From: a virus
Lineage: Duplodnaviria; Heunggongvirae; Uroviricota; Caudoviricetes
Virus record (IMG/VR): IMGVR_UViG_3300045988_146577
Length of the DNA stretch: 64,000 nt
Direction: 5' to 3' (one strand)
The position numbers and the translations under genes are program-made. A model generated the notes under the pieces. It made no database searches and had not been told where the DNA came from. It was given only the letters and a program-made list of their open reading frames with translations. Shown here in pieces: positions 48,137 to 56,201 of the stretch (within the stretch, counting starts at the first letter, position 1; the number at the start of each line of letters is the position of its first letter).

Positions 48137-48152
48137 AAACAACATGTTTTCT
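48137..48152 (-). promoter_or_regulatory. class-1 palindrome
   Basis: AAACAACATGTTTTCT followed by TGTTGGTGTTATTATCG. Confidence 0.5.
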
Positions 48153-48485
48153 TGTTGGTGTTATTATCGCAATAACGCACAGGCGAAAAAGGATTTTATT
48201 CCGGTGAATGTGGTTTTGGCAGTGAGTTTTCAGGTTCAGTACCGAGTACACTTTTTACATTATTCTGATTTAGTGGCCGAAGGTGGCTGGTGGGCAGAAT
48301 AATCATCTCCCCGAAAACCTACTGAAATCGATTGTGACCCGTTGGCTGTCTGGCACAATTACGCTGTAACTGGGCATTCAGAGGGAATCCAGCGGTAAGT
48401 AAGTTCGCCTGCACGTGAGCGCCTCTCTTCTTCCCGCACATTACAGGTGGGTAGCCGCAACTCTCCCTCTCGCTATACCGGTACG

Positions 48486-48617
48486 CCGCCGTTCCTGAAC
48501 CGGCATCGAGCCTTTTCCCGAAATCCACACAGGCAACTCGACCGTTTCCCTGAAAACCTCCAGCCGTTCCCCGAAGGCAACCCAGCCGTTTCTGTAGCGG
48601 GATGCAGCCTTTTCCCT
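48486..48617. repeat. iteron-like cluster 2: six degenerate copies of GCCGTT(T)CC(C)(T)GAA
   Basis: Copies at about 48486, 48510, 48540, 48562, 48584, 48605; 22-30 bp spacing. Confidence 0.55.
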
Positions 48618-48649
48618 GTATGGACCGAAGGCTGACCGTAGGGGTGTTA

Positions 48650-49600
48650 CGGGGGGGTAAAATCAGGAGTTGAATAAATACGAAAAAGGAGGCGACACCC
48701 CTCCTTCCCTCCCCACTTATACATACCTGTCTTGTTCGCTATACATGTTGTGTTTTCTTCGTGTTTTATCTGTCTCAACCTCTCTATAGGCGTTAATGCT
48801 CACTCCTTCCAGAACGTTCTATACGGCGACTATTTCTGTTGGTGAATTGGGTGTGTTGTTTTCTCTGTCGGTGTATGTAGTTTCATTAGTTTTGCGGTGG
48901 TTCTTCTATGGGGTGTTCTCGTCGTTTTGGTGATTGTTCTTCTCCGTGTATGGAGTAATGACAGGTGGGCGATTGCTTTCGTTATTGTGTTTGAGTTGTT
49001 TGTCTGGAGTGTGAAAGGCTTTTGTAGTTATTCGTGTATTGGGTAATGGCGTTTCCCGTGATTGTTATGTTTCGTGTCTTTTGGGATTGAGAGAAACCTT
49101 GCGGTTACAGGCTTCGTTGGGGTTTCAGTGATTCTGATGTTTCTTCGCTGTTTGGGTAATGGCGTGTCGTGAGTATCGCGCGTATGGAAGTTTCGAATTG
49201 CCTGTGAAAGTTAGGTTGGTTGTCCGGTAGCCTGGGAAGAAGAGGTGGGTCTTTTCGGTAGCCTGCCATAAAGAGGTTGGTTGTTTTGGGAATGGCATAT
49301 GTGTTATTTAGTTGTTTTGTTATGCCTGAAAATAAGTTGTTTATATGGTTATGTAACGCAACGGGAACGATTTTGAGCGTGTGTTTTTGTTGGTAGTGTG
49401 TTGGGTCGTCTGTGGTGAAAATTGGACGCTGTGGCGCTGTCTGCTGCGTAGAATTACGGGTATAAGCTGTGATGTGTGGAAACGTCAATTTTTTAGACCA
49501 AATCGGGTGAAAGCGTTGATGTTTCGTTGATCTGTTATTCAGTTGTTTTCTTGATTGTATAAACAACTATAACTTATTGATATTTAAGGATGTGATTGCG
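48650..49600. other. ORF-free, strongly G+T-skewed (on + strand) region with internal degenerate repeats; candidate non-coding RNA or origin-like region
   Basis: No plausible ORF on + strand; only minus-strand ORF is low-complexity; repeats TTGGGTAATGGCGT at about 49035 and 49151. Confidence 0.4.
49207..49290. repeat. tandem degenerate ~30-nt repeats, paralog of 45581-45669
   Basis: CCGGTAGCCTGGGAAGAAGAGGTGGGTCTTTT then CGGTAGCCTGCCATAAAGAGGTTGGTTGTTTT. Confidence 0.5.
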
Positions 49601-49676
49601 GGTATGGAAGGGGAGTAGTGGCGATCAACGGATTCTTATAGAAAAGAATCAAATTGTGACCGCCATTATCAATGTT

Positions 49677-50411
49677 TTACTTAGTTTTGTTTAGCAGAGA
49701 GAGAATTTCATCACTAATTTCACTCGCCTGTTTGATAGCCAATGCAGTTACCTCTTCTATGGTTGGTGACTGTTGATGCTCATGTTTGGTTTCAGTTATG
49801 ACAATGTGTTCTTCACCTGAATTTGCGCATAGTGCCGCATTGACTATAAGGTTTGAGTAAGAATTTAGCAGAGCACTGTTGATAAACGCTTTCACGGTAT
49901 TACTGTCTGCACCAAATACATCTTTTCTGACCGCTTCAGCCTCACAGCGAACCCCTGCAGCAACATCGTGAAGAACATGTATGGCCTTGGAGCTTGTTTG
50001 TTCACAGTACTCAATCATTATTGTCGAATTGTTCTGTTCAACAAATGATCTGATGCCTGACGATTCACCCATAGCATCGAAGGCAGCGTGACTCGCACTA
50101 GTAGAGATATCTTCATAGAGTTCTTCATCGCTATCTTTTTCTTCAGGTGTCGAGGTGTCTTCATCGTCGTAATAGATATTGCCTTTAATCAGTGTTTTGG
50201 ATACTTGATATAAACAATAAGAGACAAGATTTAAGCATTGGATTTTAGCTGTATTGTCCTTTGTCGCCTCGCTCTTCAGTTCTTTCGCTTCTTCAGTAAG
50301 GCTGTTGATAAGACTTTGTATTTTTTCCAACGCGTTAGGTGCACACTCCGCGTTGTCCATAAAGAATTTATAACCAGTTCCAGGGATTTCTAAACTTTTC
50401 AACTTTTTCAT
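49677..50411 (-). CDS. hypothetical protein (244 aa, AT-rich, acidic)
   Basis: ORF with ATG start; low GC relative to neighbours. Confidence 0.45.
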   Translation of the reverse strand: MKKLKSLEIPGTGYKFFMDNAECAPNALEKIQSLINSLTEEAKELKSEATKDNTAKIQCLNLVSYCLYQVSKTLIKGNIYYDDEDTSTPEEKDSDEELYEDISTSASHAAFDAMGESSGIRSFVEQNNSTIMIEYCEQTSSKAIHVLHDVAAGVRCEAEAVRKDVFGADSNTVKAFINSALLNSYSNLIVNAALCANSGEEHIVITETKHEHQQSPTIEEVTALAIKQASEISDEILSLLNKTK

Positions 50412-50456
50412 TTCTTTGATAATCCTAAAAACAAACTACCAATGCTTTAATATCTG

Positions 50457-50756
50457 TTACCAGTTCCAGCACTCAAGCCCTTCAACGACCGGTGCACCAC
50501 AATCAAAATGTACAGAGTCAAAGCCTACATCAAGTACTTTCTGAATGTTAGCAATCGCGCCTTCGGATATACCATATCGACGCAAGTCGTCTTTCCAGAC
50601 ATCATCCTGTAACCCGGCGTGGACAATACAACCGCCATCAATTTGTGAAACCCAATCCAGCTCATTGCTTGCGATCATGAATCGGCGAGCATCTTCCTCT
50701 GATGTATGAGATGAGCTGATCAATGCCACCTGGTAGGCTTGGGTAATGTTCAACAT
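50457..50756 (-). CDS. hypothetical small acidic protein (99 aa)
   Basis: GGAG RBS 9 nt before ATG at 50756; class-1 palindrome immediately upstream. Confidence 0.45.
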   Translation of the reverse strand: MLNITQAYQVALISSSHTSEEDARRFMIASNELDWVSQIDGGCIVHAGLQDDVWKDDLRRYGISEGAIANIQKVLDVGFDSVHFDCGAPVVEGLECWNW

Positions 50757-50769
50757 TTCAACCACTCCA

Positions 50770-50785
50770 AAACAAGTTGTTTTCT
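50770..50785 (-). promoter_or_regulatory. class-1 palindrome
   Basis: AAACAAGTTGTTTTCT immediately upstream of RBS of 50457 gene. Confidence 0.5.
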
Positions 50786-50817
50786 TATGTGGTTTATTAT
50801 CTCCATCAACAAAAGGC

Positions 50818-50834
50818 AGAAAACAAATTGTTTT
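50818..50834 (+). promoter_or_regulatory. class-1 palindrome, inverted orientation, about 40 nt from metG terminator
   Basis: AGAAAACAAATTGTTTT. Confidence 0.4.
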
Positions 50835-50874
50835 AGGTACTGTGTAAATCAGAAGGGATTGTGTCTATATGAAA

Positions 50875-50897
50875 ATGCCCGGCGTGTTGCCGGGCAT
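50875..50897 (-). terminator. rho-independent terminator of metG
   Basis: ATGCCCGGC-gtgtt-GCCGGGCAT hairpin followed by UUUUCAUAU on minus strand, about 20 nt after metG stop. Confidence 0.65.
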
Positions 50898-50917
50898 TGC
50901 GAAGAGAGGTTGTTTAA

Positions 50918-52951
50918 TTACTTAACCTGGTGGCCAGGTTTAGCACCAGCATCCGGGCTTAACAGGAAGATATCTTTCCCACCGGGGCCAGCAGCCATCA
51001 CCATACCTTCGGAGATACCGAAGCGCATTTTACGCGGAGCCAGGTTAGCCACCATAATGGTGTGACGACCAATCAGTGCCTGTGGGTCTGGATAAGCAGA
51101 ACGGATGCCTGAGAAGACATTGCGTTTTTCACCACCTAGATCCAGCGTCAGACGCAGCAGTTTGTCAGAGCCTTCAACAAACTCCGCGTTTTCAATCAGC
51201 GCCACGCGCAGGTCAACTTTGGCGAAGTCATCAAAGGTGATGGTTTCCTGAATCGGATCGTCTGCCAGCGGGCCAGTAACTGGCGCGGCAGTGGCTTTCA
51301 CTTCTTCTTTAGAGGCTTCCACCAGTGCTTCAACCTGCTTCATGTCGATGCGGTTATACAGTGCTTTGAACGGATTAACTTTGTGCGCCAGCAGCGGTTG
51401 CTGGATGCCATCCCAGGTCAGTTCCGTATTGAGGAATGCTTCTGCACGCTCGGTCAGTTTCGGCAGTACCGGCTTCAGGTAAGTCATCAGCACGCGGAAC
51501 AGGTTGATGCCCATTGAGCAAATTGCCTGCAGGTCGGCATCGCGGCCTTCCTGTTTCGCCACCACCCACGGAGCCTGTTCATCGACATAGCGGTTAGCCA
51601 GGTCAGCCAATGCCATGATTTCACGGATAGCTTTACCAAATTCACGGCTTTCCCATGCTTCGCCAATCACTTCAGCGGCATCAGTAAAGGTTTTGTACAG
51701 TTGCGGGTCAGCCAGTTCGCTTGCCAGCACGCCGTCAAAACGCTTGTTGATAAAGCCTGCATTACGAGAGGCCAGGTTAACCACTTTGTTCACGATATCG
51801 GCATTCACGCGCTGAACGAAATCCTCCAGGTTGAGATCGATATCATCAATGCGCGAAGAGAGTTTCGCAGTGTAGTAGTAACGCAGGCTGTCAGCGTCAA
51901 AATGATTCAGCCAGGTGCTGGCTTTAATAAAGGTGCCGCGAGACTTGGACATCTTTGCGCCGTTCACCGTCACATAGCCATGAACAAACAGGTTGGTCGG
52001 CTTGCGGAAGTTGCTGCCTTCCAGCATGGCAGGCCAGAACAGGCTGTGGAAGTAAACAATATCTTTACCGATGAAGTGGTACAGCTCGGCGGTGGAGTCT
52101 TTCTTCCAGTATTCATCGAAGCTTACGCTGTCGCCGCGCTTGTCGCACAGATTCTTGAAAGAACCCATGTAGCCAATCGGTGCGTCCAGCCAGACGTAGA
52201 AATATTTGCCCGGCGCGTTCGGAATTTCAAAACCGAAGTAAGGCGCATCGCGGGAGATATCCCACTGTTGCAGGCCGGATTCAAACCATTCCTGCATTTT
52301 GTTCGCCACCTGCTCCTGCAACGCGCCGCTGCGGGTCCATGCCTGCAACATTTCGCTGAAAGAAGGCAGATCAAAGAAGAAGTGTTCGGAATCACGCATT
52401 ACCGGGGTAGCGCCAGAAACCACCGATTTCGGCTCGATCAATTCAGTCGGGCTATATGTTGCGCCGCAGACTTCACAGTTATCGCCGTATTGATCTGGCG
52501 CTTTACATTTCGGGCAGGTGCCTTTCACAAAACGATCCGGCAGGAACATGCCTTTTTCCGGGTCGTACAACTGAGAGATAGTGCGGTTTTTAATAAAACC
52601 GTTCTCTTTCAGGCGAGTATAGATAAGCTCAGACAGCTGGCGGTTCTCTTCGCTGTGCGTCGAGTGATAGTTGTCATAGCTGATGTTAAAGCCTGCGAAA
52701 TCAGTCTGGTGTTCCTGACTCATTTCGCCAATCATCTGCTCCGGAGTGATACCAAGCTGCTGAGCTTTCAGCATGATCGGCGTACCGTGGGCATCGTCGG
52801 CACAGATGAAATTAACCTCGTGGCCGCGCATTCGCTGGTAACGAACCCAGACATCAGCCTGGATGTGCTCCAGCATATGGCCGAGGTGGATTGAGCCGTT
52901 AGCGTACGGCAGCGCGCACGTCACCAGAATTTTCTTCGCGACTTGGGTCAT
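50918..52951 (-). CDS. metG: methionyl-tRNA synthetase
   Basis: 677 aa; class I HIGH (GSIHLGH) and KMSKS motifs; Zn knuckle CPKC...CEVC; C-terminal tRNA-binding domain; start at MTQVAKK (track ORF extends 43 codons upstream). Confidence 0.95.
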   Translation of the reverse strand: MTQVAKKILVTCALPYANGSIHLGHMLEHIQADVWVRYQRMRGHEVNFICADDAHGTPIMLKAQQLGITPEQMIGEMSQEHQTDFAGFNISYDNYHSTHSEENRQLSELIYTRLKENGFIKNRTISQLYDPEKGMFLPDRFVKGTCPKCKAPDQYGDNCEVCGATYSPTELIEPKSVVSGATPVMRDSEHFFFDLPSFSEMLQAWTRSGALQEQVANKMQEWFESGLQQWDISRDAPYFGFEIPNAPGKYFYVWLDAPIGYMGSFKNLCDKRGDSVSFDEYWKKDSTAELYHFIGKDIVYFHSLFWPAMLEGSNFRKPTNLFVHGYVTVNGAKMSKSRGTFIKASTWLNHFDADSLRYYYTAKLSSRIDDIDLNLEDFVQRVNADIVNKVVNLASRNAGFINKRFDGVLASELADPQLYKTFTDAAEVIGEAWESREFGKAIREIMALADLANRYVDEQAPWVVAKQEGRDADLQAICSMGINLFRVLMTYLKPVLPKLTERAEAFLNTELTWDGIQQPLLAHKVNPFKALYNRIDMKQVEALVEASKEEVKATAAPVTGPLADDPIQETITFDDFAKVDLRVALIENAEFVEGSDKLLRLTLDLGGEKRNVFSGIRSAYPDPQALIGRHTIMVANLAPRKMRFGISEGMVMAAGPGGKDIFLLSPDAGAKPGHQVK

Positions 52952-53108
52952 AGTAGGCATTACTTCTTTGTAGTGAAAAGGGGCTTGATAGTAACAAAAT
53001 GGCCTTATGTCTGCCATGTGATAACAGCATTTCTCATAAATGATTAAATGTCGTAGCTGGAGTACACTACAAGGCGACAATTGCGCAAATTAAAATAAAG
53101 GAGACGGG

Positions 53109-54209
53109 ATGAGCGAGTCCAAATCGCCGGATGCCCTGAGAGCAATGGTAGCCGGTACGCTGGCTAATTTTCAGCACCCAACCCTGAAACACAACCTGAC
53201 TACGCTTAAAGCGTTACACCATGTTGCGTTGATGGATGACACACTGCATGTCGAACTAATCATGCCTTTCGTGTGGAATAAGCCTTTTGAAGACCTGAAA
53301 GAGCAATGTAGTGGTGATCTGCTCCGTATCACTGGCGCAAAGGCTATTGACTGGAAGCTGTCGTACAACATTGCCACGCTTAAGCGCGTCAAAAACCAAC
53401 CAGGCATTAATGGCGTTAAGAACATTATCGCCGTCAGCTCAGGCAAGGGCGGCGTGGGTAAATCCTCCACGGCGGTAAACCTGGCACTGGCGTTGGCTGC
53501 TGAAGGTGCGAAAGTTGGTATTTTGGATGCCGATATCTATGGTCCATCAATTCCAACCATGCTGGGCGCGGAAAACCAACGTCCAACCTCACCTGACGGT
53601 ACTCACATGGCACCTATCATGTCTCATGGCCTGGCAACCAACTCTATTGGTTATCTGGTCACCGACGACAATGCAATGGTGTGGCGTGGACCGATGGCCA
53701 GCAAGGCGCTGATGCAGATGTTGCAGGAAACTCTATGGCCTGATCTGGACTATCTCGTTCTCGATATGCCGCCGGGCACTGGTGATATTCAGTTGACGCT
53801 GGCGCAGAACATTCCTGTAACTGGTGCGGTTGTGGTAACTACGCCGCAAGACATCGCGCTGATCGATGCGAAGAAAGGCATTGTGATGTTCGAAAAAGTC
53901 GAAGTGCCGGTACTGGGTATCGTCGAAAACATGAGTGTGCATATTTGCAGTAACTGCGGTCATCACGAGCCAATTTTTGGCACCGGTGGCGCACAGAAAC
54001 TGGCCGAGAAATACAACACGCAGTTGTTAGGCCAAATGCCTCTTCATATCTCTCTTCGTGAAGATCTGGATAACGGAACACCAACCGTTATTAGTCGTCC
54101 AGATAGTGAATTTACGGCTATTTATCGTGACCTCGCAGATCGCGTTGCTGCCCAAATGTATTGGCAAGGTGAAGTAATACCTGGCGAAATCGCATTCCGC
54201 GCAGTGTGA
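53109..54209 (+). CDS. apbC: Fe-S cluster carrier ATPase ApbC/Mrp
   Basis: Deviant Walker A SGKGGVGKSS, CxxC (CSNCGHH); AAGGAG RBS; divergent from metG as in enterobacterial chromosomes. Confidence 0.9.
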   Translation: MSESKSPDALRAMVAGTLANFQHPTLKHNLTTLKALHHVALMDDTLHVELIMPFVWNKPFEDLKEQCSGDLLRITGAKAIDWKLSYNIATLKRVKNQPGINGVKNIIAVSSGKGGVGKSSTAVNLALALAAEGAKVGILDADIYGPSIPTMLGAENQRPTSPDGTHMAPIMSHGLATNSIGYLVTDDNAMVWRGPMASKALMQMLQETLWPDLDYLVLDMPPGTGDIQLTLAQNIPVTGAVVVTTPQDIALIDAKKGIVMFEKVEVPVLGIVENMSVHICSNCGHHEPIFGTGGAQKLAEKYNTQLLGQMPLHISLREDLDNGTPTVISRPDSEFTAIYRDLADRVAAQMYWQGEVIPGEIAFRAV

Positions 54210-54215
54210 TAAAAA

Positions 54216-54234
54216 GGTGGTGCATTGCACCACC
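54216..54234 (-). terminator. hairpin terminator (for HumD-like gene; overlaps apbC 3-prime end)
   Basis: GGTGGTGCA-t-TGCACCACC hairpin followed by UUUUUAUCA on minus strand. Confidence 0.5.
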
Positions 54235-54246
54235 TAAACAGTTCTC

Positions 54247-54636
54247 CTACATCACAGGACAATCATCAAACTCGCCACTTCTTGCGTCGTTGATAATGTG
54301 AGTGATCACACCAAACACGGCATTGCTGCCCGTGCATCCATCGTCATCCTTTGGCAATGCTTCCTTCTTACCGGTTCTTAAATCCTCCAGATGCTGACGT
54401 GGGTACTTCCGGTATCTTTTTACGCGATATTCCCCATCCAGAGCGCATACAAGCAGAGAACCATCAACCGGGGTAAGTGAGGAATCGACCACCAGCAATG
54501 CACCCTGTAATATTCCCTCACGATGATGGCTGTCAGCCGCTCTCATGAAGTAGGTCGCTGAAGGATGTCTAATTATCTGCTGATCAAGAGAAATACGGCT
54601 CTCAGCATAATCCGCCGCAGGAGAAGGGAAGCCCAT
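54247..54636 (-). CDS. UmuD'-like S24 peptidase-domain protein (HumD-like, lacks N-terminal cleavable arm)
   Basis: Starts MGFPSPAADY, matching UmuD just after its autocleavage site; Ser (DSHH) and Lys (RVKRYRK) catalytic dyad positions conserved; LexA box upstream. Confidence 0.8.
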   Translation of the reverse strand: MGFPSPAADYAESRISLDQQIIRHPSATYFMRAADSHHREGILQGALLVVDSSLTPVDGSLLVCALDGEYRVKRYRKYPRQHLEDLRTGKKEALPKDDDGCTGSNAVFGVITHIINDARSGEFDDCPVM

Positions 54637-54652
54637 AGCGTTTTGCCCTCAA

Positions 54653-54672
54653 TACTGTTCATTTATACAGTA
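54653..54672 (-). promoter_or_regulatory. LexA (SOS) box
   Basis: TACTGTTCATTTATACAGTA = CTGT-N8-ACAG consensus, about 17 nt upstream of HumD-like start. Confidence 0.75.
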
Positions 54673-54755
54673 TACATGAAAGAAGCTCACTCAGTGCAAC
54701 TGATCGGTACATAGCACCAGACAAAGGAACGTTATTTTCTCGAACAAGAAAAGGT

Positions 54756-54771
54756 AGAAAACAAATTGTTT
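54756..54771 (+). promoter_or_regulatory. class-1 palindrome fused to terminator hairpin (54772-54792)
   Basis: AGAAAACAAATTGTTT + AAGGCCAC-aacta-GTGGCCTT. Confidence 0.45.
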
Positions 54772-54808
54772 AAGGCCACAACTAGTGGCCTTAATGGAGA
54801 AGGGATGC

Positions 54809-55372
54809 TTATTGGCTATGGCTAAAAATCAAATGAGACACTTCATTTGGTTGTAGCTCGTCAAGATCCGGGGCCACAAAACCTTTTCCGAAAGACTTCA
54901 CAAGTGATTCACCAGCCGCATCATTGTCACCTATTACGCGAAAGTCATACGGCAGCATTGCCAGTTGACGACGTAATCCTGCTGAGAAAGTCGAACCTAA
55001 CAGCGCCCACGAATTTCCGCCCGCGTTGTGCACTGCTGCACTTTTAAAAATCGACTCAGTTATCCATATCGGTCCATCTTTTAAAGGAAGATAGGTTCCC
55101 CATAGTAGCTGTCTGCCGTTCGCTCGTGTGAAATACCGGGCCATCTTCGGATTGCTATGCTGCTTAGGAGCGCCTGGTCTGTATGTCTGATACCCGGCCA
55201 ACATCCCATCAAACCTGTATAGAGGGAACGTAACAACTCCTTCGCTTTCATCGATCCACTGTCTATATGGATGCACATCATGGCGGTAGTTACGAGTTAG
55301 CAAATGAGCTTCCAGCTTTCCATATTTGGTCATAACTTCGCATCCCTCATAACACTTCCCATTTATCACCAT
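54809..55372 (-). CDS. hypothetical protein with TOPRIM-like acidic motifs
   Basis: ITESIF ... GDNDAAGE resembles Glu / DxD TOPRIM signature; start may be M14 (55333). Confidence 0.35.
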   Translation of the reverse strand: MVINGKCYEGCEVMTKYGKLEAHLLTRNYRHDVHPYRQWIDESEGVVTFPLYRFDGMLAGYQTYRPGAPKQHSNPKMARYFTRANGRQLLWGTYLPLKDGPIWITESIFKSAAVHNAGGNSWALLGSTFSAGLRRQLAMLPYDFRVIGDNDAAGESLVKSFGKGFVAPDLDELQPNEVSHLIFSHSQ

Positions 55373-56201
55373 ATTTCTCCATAGCTCTTAGCCAGTAAAC
55401 ATGGCCACTAGGCATAGTGATGTGAGGCTCGCCAAACTCTTCTCCATGCACATCAAAGATGTCCCCAACAGAGAATTGGGGGATTTCTACGCCGTTTTCA
55501 CCTATATGCGTAATTCGTATACGTTTCGGTTGAGATTCTCCCCCTTTGAGCGAGTTGTTCACTGCTCTGGCAATCTTCTCCCGCAATTGCTGCGTTCCGT
55601 GGTACTGAACCGCAATATCCCTCAACTCATTCACCAGTTCTCGAATCTGGTGATCTTTAAGCTCATTATTTGAGTGATGGGTAACAACTCTGGTTAATTC
55701 ACCCTTGTCTTTTGCTCTTACGTATGCAGCTCTTGTGCATTCGACCCATGTATTACCGCCTACATTAACTTCGTAGATTAGGCTGGACTTATCTGTCAAT
55801 TCGGAACAAATACGGACCGTGGTCTGGCAACTAGAGCATTCGCAGTTATCGCGGAAACCGTGGTCTACTGGCTTCGGTTTCACATCATCAACTTTTTCTA
55901 CCCTATTGGAATTTAAATACTTCGAAGCCTTGCTATGCCAATCGCTGGTTTTAGGATCTTGTCCATCCATCAAACGCCAGGCTTCAGCGATTAACTCATA
56001 ACTAGTGACTGTAGCTTCCTGCGCATCACCAATAAGTCGTGTAATCTCTCTTTCAAGCCGACCGCCTAGCTCTGTTTTAGTGCAATGTTCTGACCAATCG
56101 CCAGCCTCAAGCAGCGCGAGAATGCTTAAAATATCGTCCAATAGAACGGTAGTATTATCGACTTCCTTCTGAAACTCACCGGCTACTGATTTATGCATCA
56201 T
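55347..56201 (-). CDS. hypothetical protein (284 aa, Cys cluster CECSSCQ)
   Basis: ORF overlapping upstream and downstream genes (operon). Confidence 0.45.
   Translation of the reverse strand: MMHKSVAGEFQKEVDNTTVLLDDILSILALLEAGDWSEHCTKTELGGRLEREITRLIGDAQEATVTSYELIAEAWRLMDGQDPKTSDWHSKASKYLNSNRVEKVDDVKPKPVDHGFRDNCECSSCQTTVRICSELTDKSSLIYEVNVGGNTWVECTRAAYVRAKDKGELTRVVTHHSNNELKDHQIRELVNELRDIAVQYHGTQQLREKIARAVNNSLKGGESQPKRIRITHIGENGVEIPQFSVGDIFDVHGEEFGEPHITMPSGHVYWLRAMEKYGDKWEVL

Noticed and set aside
44885-48617. Possible CRISPR array suggested by the GCCGTTTCC repeats
   Set aside because: Repeat units are only about 15 nt, degenerate and irregularly spaced, with no constant-length spacers and no cas genes nearby.
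49105-49566. 153-aa minus-strand ORF in the G+T-skewed region
   Set aside because: Translation is T/Q/P/N/H-rich low-complexity sequence dictated by the C+A-rich strand composition; no RBS; region treated as non-coding.
51701-52894. 397-aa plus-strand ORF antisense to metG
   Set aside because: Fully embedded in the well-supported metG coding region; no RBS; typical antisense ORF of a GC-balanced gene.
53171-53470. 99-aa minus-strand ORF within apbC
   Set aside because: Antisense to apbC; no independent support.
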